Notes: generated from the sequence alone by a model not told the origin. Numbered from the stretch's first letter, positions 18,464 to 26,676 are shown. The stretch: DNA of 64,000 nt from a bacterium (GCA_965261085.1 OZ253442.1:2912001-2976000), one strand, 5' to 3'. Numbers and translations are program-made.

Positions 18464-19708
18464 ATGGTGACGGAAAAAACCCTCCACAAACTGACCATAC
18501 TCGGCGGACAATCCTTTGACGACAGGGAGGGCCCGCCCGGCATGCGGAAGAAGCCCATATACCGGCGAAAATTCCTGGCCTCGGACACGCCGGCGATATT
18601 TCCGGTGCCCTTCTCCGGCGGACGCATCATGCCGCTTCTCTCCACCATGATGACCAACGCCTGTAGCTACGATTGCCACTACTGTCCCATGCGCGCCTCG
18701 CGCAACATGCCCCGCTACGCCTTCAGCCCGGAGGAGTTGGCCGACACCTTCATGGCGCTCAAGAAGAGAAACCGCGCCGAGGGGCTTTTCCTCACCAGCG
18801 GGATTCCGGGCAGCGGCGTCACCGGGGTGGACAGGATGATAGCCACGGCGGAAATCCTGCGCTTCAAGCATCGTTTTGGCGGCTACATCCACCTCAAGAT
18901 GATGCCGGGGGTGGAGGACTCACAGCTCATCCGCGCCGCCCAGATAGCCACGAGGCTCTCGGTGAACCTCGAAGCCGCCACCCAGAGGGGTCTTCACACC
19001 ATGGCGCCCGAGAAGAAACTGGAATCGGACTTAAAACCCGCCCTGCAGTACGTGGGCAAGATGGCGCGTGAATCGTTTATCGAGAGAACGGGCCTCATCA
19101 CCGGCGGCGTGACGACGCAGTTCATCGTGGGCGCCAGCGGAGAGAGCGACATGGACGTGCTCTCGGCGTCTCATTCGCTCCAGAAGAAGGGCCTTCTGCG
19201 CCACACGCATTTCAGCGCCTTCAAGCCCGTAGAGGATACGCCCATGGACGGCGTGCCTTCCGTCTCCAAAACACGCGAGCACAGGCTTTATCAAGCGGAA
19301 CACCTCTTGCGCGAGTATGAGTTTCGGCTCGATGAGATTCCTGTCGCAGACGGCAATCTCGCCCTGGATGAAGACCCCAAGACGACCTGGGCCAGACGGA
19401 ACCTCTCGCAATTCCCTGTGGAGATCATGACTTCAGACCCCCGGGCCCTGATGCGCGTGCCGGGCATCGGCCCCACATGGGCGAAACGACTTGTCGAGGT
19501 GCGAAGAAAAGCCCACATCCGCGATTTCAGGGACCTCGCGCGCCTGGGCCGCATTCGCAAATCGGCGGCGGGCTGGCTCTCGCTGCGCGGCAAACGCCTG
19601 GGGCCGGAACCCGTGCTCGCCACGCAGTTGAGTCTCGGCCTGCAGCACAGGGGCAAACGGCGTGTTCATCCCTCGAGAAACATGCTGCCGCCGTGCTCTT
19701 TTCGCTGA
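18464..19708 (+). CDS. Putative DNA modification/repair radical SAM protein with HhH motif (TIGR03916-like)
   Basis: CxxxCxxC (CSYDCHYC), EGLFLTSG, GYIHLK, REHRLYQA, LMRVPGIG (HhH) and a QLSL clamp-binding-like motif. Confidence 0.9.
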   Translation: MVTEKTLHKLTILGGQSFDDREGPPGMRKKPIYRRKFLASDTPAIFPVPFSGGRIMPLLSTMMTNACSYDCHYCPMRASRNMPRYAFSPEELADTFMALKKRNRAEGLFLTSGIPGSGVTGVDRMIATAEILRFKHRFGGYIHLKMMPGVEDSQLIRAAQIATRLSVNLEAATQRGLHTMAPEKKLESDLKPALQYVGKMARESFIERTGLITGGVTTQFIVGASGESDMDVLSASHSLQKKGLLRHTHFSAFKPVEDTPMDGVPSVSKTREHRLYQAEHLLREYEFRLDEIPVADGNLALDEDPKTTWARRNLSQFPVEIMTSDPRALMRVPGIGPTWAKRLVEVRRKAHIRDFRDLARLGRIRKSAAGWLSLRGKRLGPEPVLATQLSLGLQHRGKRRVHPSRNMLPPCSFR

Positions 19709-19832
19709 TGAGGGGGCTAGAAATACGGGGAGGGGTTGCACGCTCCCGCTTGACGCGAAAAAGCGATGGGACTACCCTGCCCGTCTCTCGCCATCGCACC
19801 TATGCGCGCGATGCGGGCAGACGCCGCTTCAT

Positions 19833-19907
19833 GGCCCCTTCGTCTAGCGGTCAGGACACCGGCCTCTCACGCCGGTAACAGGGGTTCGAGTCCCCTAGGG
19901 GTCACCA
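19833..19907 (+). tRNA. tRNA-Glu (anticodon CTC)
   Basis: Acceptor stem GGCCCCT/AGGGGTC with encoded CCA; anticodon arm CCGGC-CTCTCAC-GCCGG; T-loop GGTTCGAGTCC. Confidence 0.97.
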
Positions 19908-19933
19908 TACGACAAAATGCTCGGAAACATTCC

Positions 19934-20578
19934 TCAACCCCAGGAATTCAGGTGGACTATCTCATCGAGCGGGCGCCTTGTGGCGGGCTTGAAATTCGTC
20001 CCGATCGTATAGGCCACCGGAATGAGCGCCACCTGCATGAAATCATCCGGCACGCCGAGGAGTTCCGCCGCCTCCGCCTCGCACCTCAGGTGCAAGGTGG
20101 TGAACACCGAGCCCAGCCCGCGCGAGCGCAGCGCCAACTGAAAACTCCACACCGCAGGTATGACCGACCCCAAAAGGCCCGCCCACATGAACCTCGGCGG
20201 GTTTTCGGGCAGAAAATTCTCGATGCAGGGAATCACATGCACGGGGGAGCGCTCGATATTCTCGGCAAGATAGAGGGCGGAATCGAAGACGCGCTCGTTT
20301 TGCGCGGACCCGCTTTCTCGCGCCTGCGCCATGCCTTTCTCCAGATAGTCTCCGGTTCCTTTGCGGTACAACCGCCCGAGTTCACGGCGTATGCCCTCAT
20401 CCGTCACCACCAGCCAGCGCCAGCCCTGCCGATTCGAGCCGGTGGGGGCCTGAAGGCCGAGTTCCAAGCATTCCATCACGACCTCTGTCGGCACTTCGCG
20501 CTCGAAATCAAGGCGCTTGCGCACGGAGCGCGTCGTGGAGAGAAGTTTATCGGTGACTTTCAGATCAAAATCCGTCAT
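19934..20578 (-). CDS. Nitroreductase family protein
   Basis: TTRSVRKRLD, QAPTGSNRQGWRW, ALRSRGLG and IPVAY motifs; AAGGAG RBS. Confidence 0.93.
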   Translation of the reverse strand: MTDFDLKVTDKLLSTTRSVRKRLDFEREVPTEVVMECLELGLQAPTGSNRQGWRWLVVTDEGIRRELGRLYRKGTGDYLEKGMAQARESGSAQNERVFDSALYLAENIERSPVHVIPCIENFLPENPPRFMWAGLLGSVIPAVWSFQLALRSRGLGSVFTTLHLRCEAEAAELLGVPDDFMQVALIPVAYTIGTNFKPATRRPLDEIVHLNSWG

Positions 20579-20736
20579 GCGGTGCTCCTTTCAGCTTGTT
20601 GTAATGATTTCAGGTGAGATAGGGCATGTTACCAAAACAACCGGGCTCGCGTAATGCGCCGCGCTCTCAGGTTCCCAAAGAAGGTGCAGTTCCTCTATAA
20701 TCCCCCAAAATTCCGATAACGAAAATGAGGAAAACC

Positions 20737-21419
20737 ATGACGAACCAGGCAAGTCAGACGAGCAAAATCGAGTTGCTCGACCCGGAGGACGCCACGGGAG
20801 ATACGGCGCGCTACTTCGAGGCGACGCGCGAGTTTTTAGGCCGCATCCCGAATTCCGCGCTCGCGCTTGCGAACACGCCCTACATCGCGCGGTTCTACCT
20901 TCCCTTCAACGCCACGCTCCAGCGCGAGGGCATGGGCGGGCTGCTGACGTGCAGGATAAAGGAGATCGTCGTCCTGAAGACGAGTTTCGTGAATTCCTGC
21001 GCCTACTGAATCGCGCACAACACGGCGCTTGGTCAAGCGACGGGAATCACGGACGCGCAAATCGAGGCCATCGCCTCGGATGATTACATGACCTCCCCGG
21101 TTCTGAATCCGCGTGAGCGCGCCGCCTGCCTGTGGGCGGAGCATTTTACGAGAAACACGCGCGCGAGAACCCGGGCGTGTTGGAAGAAGTGAAGCGGCAC
21201 TTCACCGACGGCGAGATCGTCGAGATGTCGCTCATGAGCGGTAAGCAGGGCATGATGAACCGCTTCATGGATTCGTTCGGCATCCCCATCGAGGATGAGG
21301 GCGAGGTGAACAAGATCAGGAAATCGGTGCGGGGCAACCCGGACAAGATGAAGGCCTACCTGCAATCGCTCATCGACAACTGGCCCGAGGATTTCCCCGA
21401 ACCCAACCCGGACGAGTAG
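20737..21419 (+). CDS. Carboxymuconolactone decarboxylase/AhpD-like peroxidase, predicted selenoprotein (CxxU), with an apparent -1 frameshift near 21157-21165
   Basis: KEIVVLKTSFVNSCAY-TGA-IAHN continues in frame (LNPRERAACLWAEH). The C-terminus (HFTDGEIVEMS...NRF) is in the -1 frame. A SECIS-like hairpin follows the TGA. Confidence 0.82.
21023..21042 (+). promoter_or_regulatory. Bacterial SECIS-like hairpin
   Basis: CG-G-CGCTT-GGTC-AAGCG-A-CG; the G-starting apical loop begins 21 nt after TGA 21007-21009. Confidence 0.7.
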
Positions 21420-21629
21420 GCATGCTCCAGAGAGCAAGTGCGGGCAAATGCGGGGTTCTTGGATAATTTTTTAATTCGATAAATTTCGATAATTATCTAA
21501 TGTTCTACTTTAATATAACTCTACATTTACATGAATTATAATAGATTACCATGGTATTTATAGCCATAAACCTTTTCATGTATTTATCGATATTTATCGT
21601 ATTTTTCATATCAATCGCGACTGATGAAG

Positions 21630-21790
21630 GAGCGATTGCGGTTTGCGCGTCCCCGAAGGAGCCTGAGAGTTTCATCGCCCCGATGGATTCGCCGAGGTGC
21701 GCGTAGCGCGTGATGTTCGCCCGCTCCGTCCGCTCCGTCCGCTTCGCCGGGATGAGAACATCGCTTGAAATTCCCTGCGTCATCGCCTCT
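21630..21790 (-). pseudogene. Degenerate C-terminal fragment of a tyrosine recombinase/integrase
   Basis: Translates to AMTQGISSDVL...NITRYAHLGES, resembling the A..QG.....+...LGH....T.RYAHL integrase tail. The LGH region is replaced by a 9-bp tandem repeat. Confidence 0.5.
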
Positions 21791-22006
21791 TCCCCATGAA
21801 GGCCGCACAAATTCGACCGCCCTGCCTGCTCCGCCCGCCTCGCCCCCAAGGAGAGAGCGGGCCGCTGCATGAAACCCTCATTCATCAATCGGGTTTGACT
21901 CTATCGAAACGCCACGATTCGCCGTCACGCCAAATGCGGGGAAATGCGTGATCAAACCCGACCTGTTCCGGGAGCATCGCCGTCCCGGTGTCAAACGCGA
22001 CCACTG

Positions 22007-22290
22007 CGGGGTTGTTGAAAAAGACCCCTTTTTAGAGAGTAGAGGGGACACCCCTTTCGACTGGTAAAACCAACCCCCCTGTCCCCCCTTGTCAGGGGGG
22101 TAAAGGCGATGCCCCCCGACGAGGAGGTGGAAGAAAAGCCCCCCTGACAAGGGGGGACAGGGGGGTTAGTTTCCAGCCGAGGGAGGGCGAGCGGGACGGG
22201 TAAAGTACTATTCCCTCCGACTCCCCCCCATCCTTCCTTGCCATGAACCCCCCAACCCCCCTTGTCAGGGGGGCTTTTTCAACAACCCCG
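22007..22290. mobile_element. MITE-like non-autonomous element with 17-bp perfect terminal inverted repeats
   Basis: CGGGGTTGTTGAAAAAG (22007-22023) / CTTTTTCAACAACCCCG (22274-22290); no transposase; no clear target-site duplication. Confidence 0.7.
22072..22273. repeat. Three copies of palindromic CCCCCC-TTGTCA-GGGGGG unit (REP-like)
   Basis: 22072-22100 and 22139-22167 form a perfect 29-bp inverted repeat; the third copy is at 22246-22273. Confidence 0.9.
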
Positions 22291-22455
22291 AGGAGCGAGC
22301 GTTTGCCGATTGAGAAAGGAGGTCGAATCCGACTGAAAAAGGAGGATTCGCGAAATCCCGGCGAATGAAGAATCCCCTCGTTCGGGATGCTTCGTACTCC
22401 TCGCGGCATTCAACATCCCCTAATGCGCAATCTTTCTCGTATGGCGCGTCCCATG

Positions 22456-22552
22456 CTTGACAGTTACCCATATTGTATTATATTTTACCTGCCATTTAAT
22501 AATTTACTTGACAATTCCCTTTCTTGTCTTACAATTTAACCTGCCAGTCAAT
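22456..22552 (+). promoter_or_regulatory. Tandem duplicated sigma70-like promoters (51-bp period)
   Basis: TTGACA-16-TATATT (22457-22484) and TTGACA-16-TACAAT (22508-22535), each followed by ACCTGCCA. Confidence 0.7.
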
Positions 22553-22574
22553 TTCGGACCCAACTCACCTACAT

Positions 22575-22822
22575 AGCAGCCCTTTTCGGGCAGCCGCAAC
22601 GAGGCGTATTCCTTGCGGGATTGCGCGTGAACTTTATGTCAATCCGCAAGCTGTTTACGACCTCCCAGAGCCGTCGATCGGGATGGTCGAGATGTTGCCG
22701 CCTTAAATGGATGAGGTTGCGCCGGGAGGTAGTGTTGTTTTCCCCCTAAGGTCCGATCTCCATCCATACCTTGCGCGCCACACTCCTTGACCAGGAAGGC
22801 GCTCGCAAAAGGGGGAAAGGAA
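22575..22822 (+). ncRNA. Candidate cis-regulatory structured 5' leader (unassigned family)
   Basis: Several complementary segments, including TTTCCCCCT (22739-22747) pairing with the RBS region AGGGGGAAA (22810-22818). Confidence 0.4.
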
Positions 22823-25006
22823 ATGAACAAAAATAGACTGCGAATCTCGATTATCGTTCTTCTGGTGGCCGTGGCCGTCGCCTCCTTCGGTTGCGGCGGT
22901 GGCTCCGGCGCCAACCCGGCGGCAGGCGGCGATTTCATCACTGCCGTGGTGCCGGGCGCAGGCTCGACGTCCGGCAGTGAAAGCAAAAACCCTAGCCCTG
23001 GTGATCCGCCATCGAATGGAGACGGGGGAAGAGGGTCCGGCAGCCCCACCCACTCGACGTCTCTTGGCGGAGGAAACGGGCCCGGCAGTTCGACGCAAAA
23101 TACTCAAATCGAGAAAGAACCACCCCCTATCGGCTTTCAGTTAACAGATGATTTTCAGGAAGAAAATTATCCTCTGCCTTGGGAGCATGGCCTCTTCGAG
23201 GGCCGGATTGTATTGTTTGCCGGCAAATCAGAAAAGCATGGCAACTTGTTAATTACGTGTCCTTCGGGCCGCAAGGCATGCATCTTAAACGTCGGCTCTG
23301 ACGGCTCGTTGTCCTACGCAGTAAGCAACGGCCTGCCCAGCTTTACGCTTATCCCAACCGAGGGATTTCCAGACATCCCGTTGCCGCAGCCCAACGAAGC
23401 GGCGCAGGCGCCTGTTGTCGAACTCGATTTTGGAAGCACCCTGCACGTGGGGTCCAACGTCGCGCCTCGGGCCGACGAGTTGACCACAGGTGTCGACCGC
23501 AACGGAGTGTCCGTTTCATACGGACAGGTTCGGGACGGCATCGGGGCGAACGAAGTCCTCGAATTTATGAATTTACACGTTAGTCTTGAAGATAAGATTA
23601 CCCATGGTGGTGTGGGAGGCGCCCCGGGTCTCGAAACGTTTCCCGAACCGCCGACCATCCGCCTCGCCGAGGGAACCAGCGATTCATACGCCCGGTTTAC
23701 GGCGCACGCCGTTCAGTTGATCAACAACGCCTTGCCCTATGAGAAGCGCATCACAATCAGCCCGGAGGCTTTGCCGATAGATACGGAATTAGGTGACCTC
23801 TCGGAGGGAGAGATTTTTCTCAATTTCGGTTCGCTCGCATCACGCACGCTAGGGGGCGCCAAACTTTTAAGCAGTTACAATGAAAATCAAGAAGAAGTTC
23901 AAAAGGCATTAAAAGCCCTTGTCACTATAAATGAACATCAAATGCGTAAGGCCTTTGTGTATGACCCCCCGCCGGACCCGGTTGAGAATACGCCGGAAAA
24001 CTGGGAAACTATTTTAGAGGAATATTGGGGTTCAAAATATCCGGATAGCCGGGTTGAGAATTCAGACACGATCATCAAATTTTACAACGACAGGATATTC
24101 CTTTCAGTCGTTGTTCATGAAATCATGCATGCCCTCGGCTTTTATCATACCGACGAAACTAGAAATACTAAATCAGTCATGCATCCCATTGTAAACGAGG
24201 GCCAAGTAAACGTACCTTCACCTTACTTGCCCGAGAACTCGCTCGTTATCATAATCCCCTTGCAGATTGTTAACCTGACTGACGAGGAAACAACTGTGCC
24301 CGTGCTCGAGGCAACAACAGCTCAACTTGCACTCGAGGCGACAACAGATCAGCCCGAACGCAATTCGCCGGGCCGCCTCGCCACAGCAGATGCTCGATCC
24401 GTACCCGGGCATAACCTGTTTCCTCTCGACAGGGCGGCCCTGCTGGCGGCCTACGGCAGGATCGATCCGGGCACTCAGCCGGATGAACTGACGGCGGAAA
24501 ACCTGGGCGCCTGGACCGACAGGTCGTTTCACCTGCGTGGGGATGTGGATTTTCCGGGCGGACAGGCTACTTTCGGCGTCGCCTCTAGCAACGGCCTGAT
24601 CCAGCCCTGGGCATCGGGCCCGACGCCTTGGACGAACCTGGCGGATAATCGGGTGTTGCCGGGAAGCGCTACCTGGAACGGCGCGCTCCTGGGCATCACT
24701 TCTTCATTGGAAACGGTCGCAGGCGACGCCCGCCTCTTCGTGCGGTTGAGGAACCTGAATGGGCGAATCGACTTCACCGGCCTGGAGAAATGGGGGGTGA
24801 ACGAGGCGCCGGGAGAGGCCGGTAGCGGTACGACGTGGGACGATGGCGATCTGGGATACACAATCGAGGTTCGCGGCAATACATTCATCCAGACCGGCGG
24901 AGACGACGGCAAGGTAACCGGCGCGTTCTTCGGCGTCGCTCACGAGGCGATGGGCGGCGTACTCGAACGCGCCGACCTGGCGGCGGGCTTCGGCGGGAAG
25001 CGATAA
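22823..25006 (+). CDS. Surface lipoprotein with metzincin zinc-metalloprotease motif and C-terminal TbpB-like beta-barrel
   Basis: Signal ending ASFG-CGGG; Gly/Ser linker; HEIMHALGFYH (24116-24148) with SVMHP Met-turn; C-terminal VTGAFFG..HEAMGGVL......GFGGKR. Confidence 0.8.
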   Translation: MNKNRLRISIIVLLVAVAVASFGCGGGSGANPAAGGDFITAVVPGAGSTSGSESKNPSPGDPPSNGDGGRGSGSPTHSTSLGGGNGPGSSTQNTQIEKEPPPIGFQLTDDFQEENYPLPWEHGLFEGRIVLFAGKSEKHGNLLITCPSGRKACILNVGSDGSLSYAVSNGLPSFTLIPTEGFPDIPLPQPNEAAQAPVVELDFGSTLHVGSNVAPRADELTTGVDRNGVSVSYGQVRDGIGANEVLEFMNLHVSLEDKITHGGVGGAPGLETFPEPPTIRLAEGTSDSYARFTAHAVQLINNALPYEKRITISPEALPIDTELGDLSEGEIFLNFGSLASRTLGGAKLLSSYNENQEEVQKALKALVTINEHQMRKAFVYDPPPDPVENTPENWETILEEYWGSKYPDSRVENSDTIIKFYNDRIFLSVVVHEIMHALGFYHTDETRNTKSVMHPIVNEGQVNVPSPYLPENSLVIIIPLQIVNLTDEETTVPVLEATTAQLALEATTDQPERNSPGRLATADARSVPGHNLFPLDRAALLAAYGRIDPGTQPDELTAENLGAWTDRSFHLRGDVDFPGGQATFGVASSNGLIQPWASGPTPWTNLADNRVLPGSATWNGALLGITSSLETVAGDARLFVRLRNLNGRIDFTGLEKWGVNEAPGEAGSGTTWDDGDLGYTIEVRGNTFIQTGGDDGKVTGAFFGVAHEAMGGVLERADLAAGFGGKR

Positions 25007-25051
25007 AGAGAATAATAAAAAACAGATGAGACGGGCCGCGCCGTCCCGGAC

Positions 25052-26086
25052 CTACAAATACTCCCGCACCTCCACCGTCCGGCCCAGGCGGGAGCTGGCG
25101 TCCGCGGCGTAGACGGCGGCGAGGTTCTCATGCGCGGCGCGGCCGTCGACCTCGGGCGTGCGGTCCTCGCGCACGCAATCGGCGAAATCCTCGAGCGCAT
25201 CGCGGAACATGTCACCCTCCGGCATGTCGTATACGGCGTCCTCGCCCAGCGGGTCACGGTCCACATGCAGGCGAATGGGTTCCGGCGCCTTTGAGGGGTC
25301 GCGCCACTGCTGGCCGGTGATGCGGAAATGCGCGACGCCTTTCGTGCCGTGCACGTTCATGTGAAACGCCCAGGGACACGCCCAGCCGCCGCCCACGTAG
25401 GAGAGCGCGCCGCTTTCGTGCTCCAGAATCATCATCGAGGTGTCGTCCACGTCCTCGGTTGCGTAGGCGCGCTTGAGCCTGGCGGTGACGCTTTTTATCG
25501 GCCCGTGCAGGTAGCGGAACGTGTCGATGTGGTGGATGGATAGCTGGATGACGACGCCGGTGGGGTTCAGTTCGCGGCTCGAGCGCCACTTGTCGGGTGT
25601 GAGTTCCAGGCCTCGCTCGGTGCAGAAGTTGCTCTCGCTCATCGAGATTTTTCCGATTTCGCCCGCATCGATCAGCTCCTTCATGCGTCTGGATACGGCC
25701 AGGCGGCGCGCGCTGTGGCCCACCGCCAGCTTGACGCCCGCGCCCTCGGCCGCATCCACGATGGCTCTCGAGTGCTCCAGGCTGTGGGCGATGGGTTTTT
25801 CGCAATAAACATGCTTGCCCGCGGCGGCCAGCGCCTCGATGTGCTCCTTGTGGTTGTGGTTGGGCGTCGTGAGGATGACGGCCTCTATTTCATCGTCGTT
25901 CAAGAGCGCTTCCAGGCAATCCGCCTCGCGCGCGCCGTAGCGCTCCATGAAGGCGCGGCGCTTCTCGGGCGTGCGGCTGAAGCAAGAGACGAGCCGGATT
26001 TTGCCTCCGCGCAGCGCGGCGTCGGCGAGCACGTTGGCCCAGCGCCCCAACCCCATCGAGGCGGCGCGCACGGGTTCGAACGACAT
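25052..26086 (-). CDS. Gfo/Idh/MocA family oxidoreductase
   Basis: GLGRWA, TTPNHNH, AGKHVYCEKP, GHSARR and IHHID motifs. Confidence 0.93.
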   Translation of the reverse strand: MSFEPVRAASMGLGRWANVLADAALRGGKIRLVSCFSRTPEKRRAFMERYGAREADCLEALLNDDEIEAVILTTPNHNHKEHIEALAAAGKHVYCEKPIAHSLEHSRAIVDAAEGAGVKLAVGHSARRLAVSRRMKELIDAGEIGKISMSESNFCTERGLELTPDKWRSSRELNPTGVVIQLSIHHIDTFRYLHGPIKSVTARLKRAYATEDVDDTSMMILEHESGALSYVGGGWACPWAFHMNVHGTKGVAHFRITGQQWRDPSKAPEPIRLHVDRDPLGEDAVYDMPEGDMFRDALEDFADCVREDRTPEVDGRAAHENLAAVYAADASSRLGRTVEVREYL

Positions 26087-26186
26087 ATCTTTTCTCCTTG
26101 ACCTATGAAGAGTCCGGGTATTGGTTGAGTCCGGTATTTATGAGGGCTAAAGAAACCCTGAATTCTCCACTCCATCTCAGCCTATC

Positions 26187-26645
26187 CTAGATGCTCACCT
26201 GGAAATTGGGCAGGCGAACGCCGCCTCCCGCATCGACAGGCGCCGCGCTCAACTCATCGAGCGTGGTCTCGCGCAGCGTCTCGTCTATGGCGTCTTCGAG
26301 TTTCTTCCACAGGGTGCGGCTCCCGCACACCGGAATGTTCGGACACGGCGACGAGGGCGGCGCCTCGCCGCAATCGACGGGCTTTATCGTCTCCCCCACC
26401 GCGCAGAAAACGTCGCGCATGTTAATTTCAGAGGGCGGCAGCGCCAGAATGTAGCCGCCTCCCGGCCCCCTCGTGCTGCTCACCAGAGAAGCCCTGCGCA
26501 TTTTCACGAACAACTGCTCCAGATAGTGCTGGCTGATACCGAGCTTGCCGGCTATCTGGGGCAAGGGGACGGGATGCGTCTGAGAATGCCGTGCCAACTC
26601 TATCATGGCGAGCACGGCGTATCGTCCTTTGGTCGATATCTTCAT
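26187..26645 (-). CDS. Rrf2-family transcriptional regulator (IscR/CymR-like, three Cys)
   Basis: MKISTKGRYA, YLEQLF, STRGPGGGY and C-x8-C-x5-C motifs; AAAGGA RBS. Confidence 0.93.
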   Translation of the reverse strand: MKISTKGRYAVLAMIELARHSQTHPVPLPQIAGKLGISQHYLEQLFVKMRRASLVSSTRGPGGGYILALPPSEINMRDVFCAVGETIKPVDCGEAPPSSPCPNIPVCGSRTLWKKLEDAIDETLRETTLDELSAAPVDAGGGVRLPNFQVSI

Positions 26646-26676
26646 CGGCGGCATCCTTTCATCAAGCGACTCGACA

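Noticed and set aside
20725-21419. Two separate ORFs (94 aa and 95 aa) in the ORF track
   Set aside because: Better explained as one CMD/AhpD gene with Sec-TGA readthrough and a frameshift.
22007-22290. Possible CRISPR array
   Set aside because: Repeats are in mixed orientation with irregular spacing and only three copies; there are no cas genes.
19833-25050. tRNA-Glu as integration site with attL/attR
   Set aside because: No duplicate of the tRNA 3' end was seen downstream, and two host-like genes separate it from the island.
26120-26140. Short direct repeat GAGTCCGG(G)TATT upstream of the Gfo/Idh/MocA gene
   Set aside because: Only two short copies; cannot be distinguished from chance or a minor operator.
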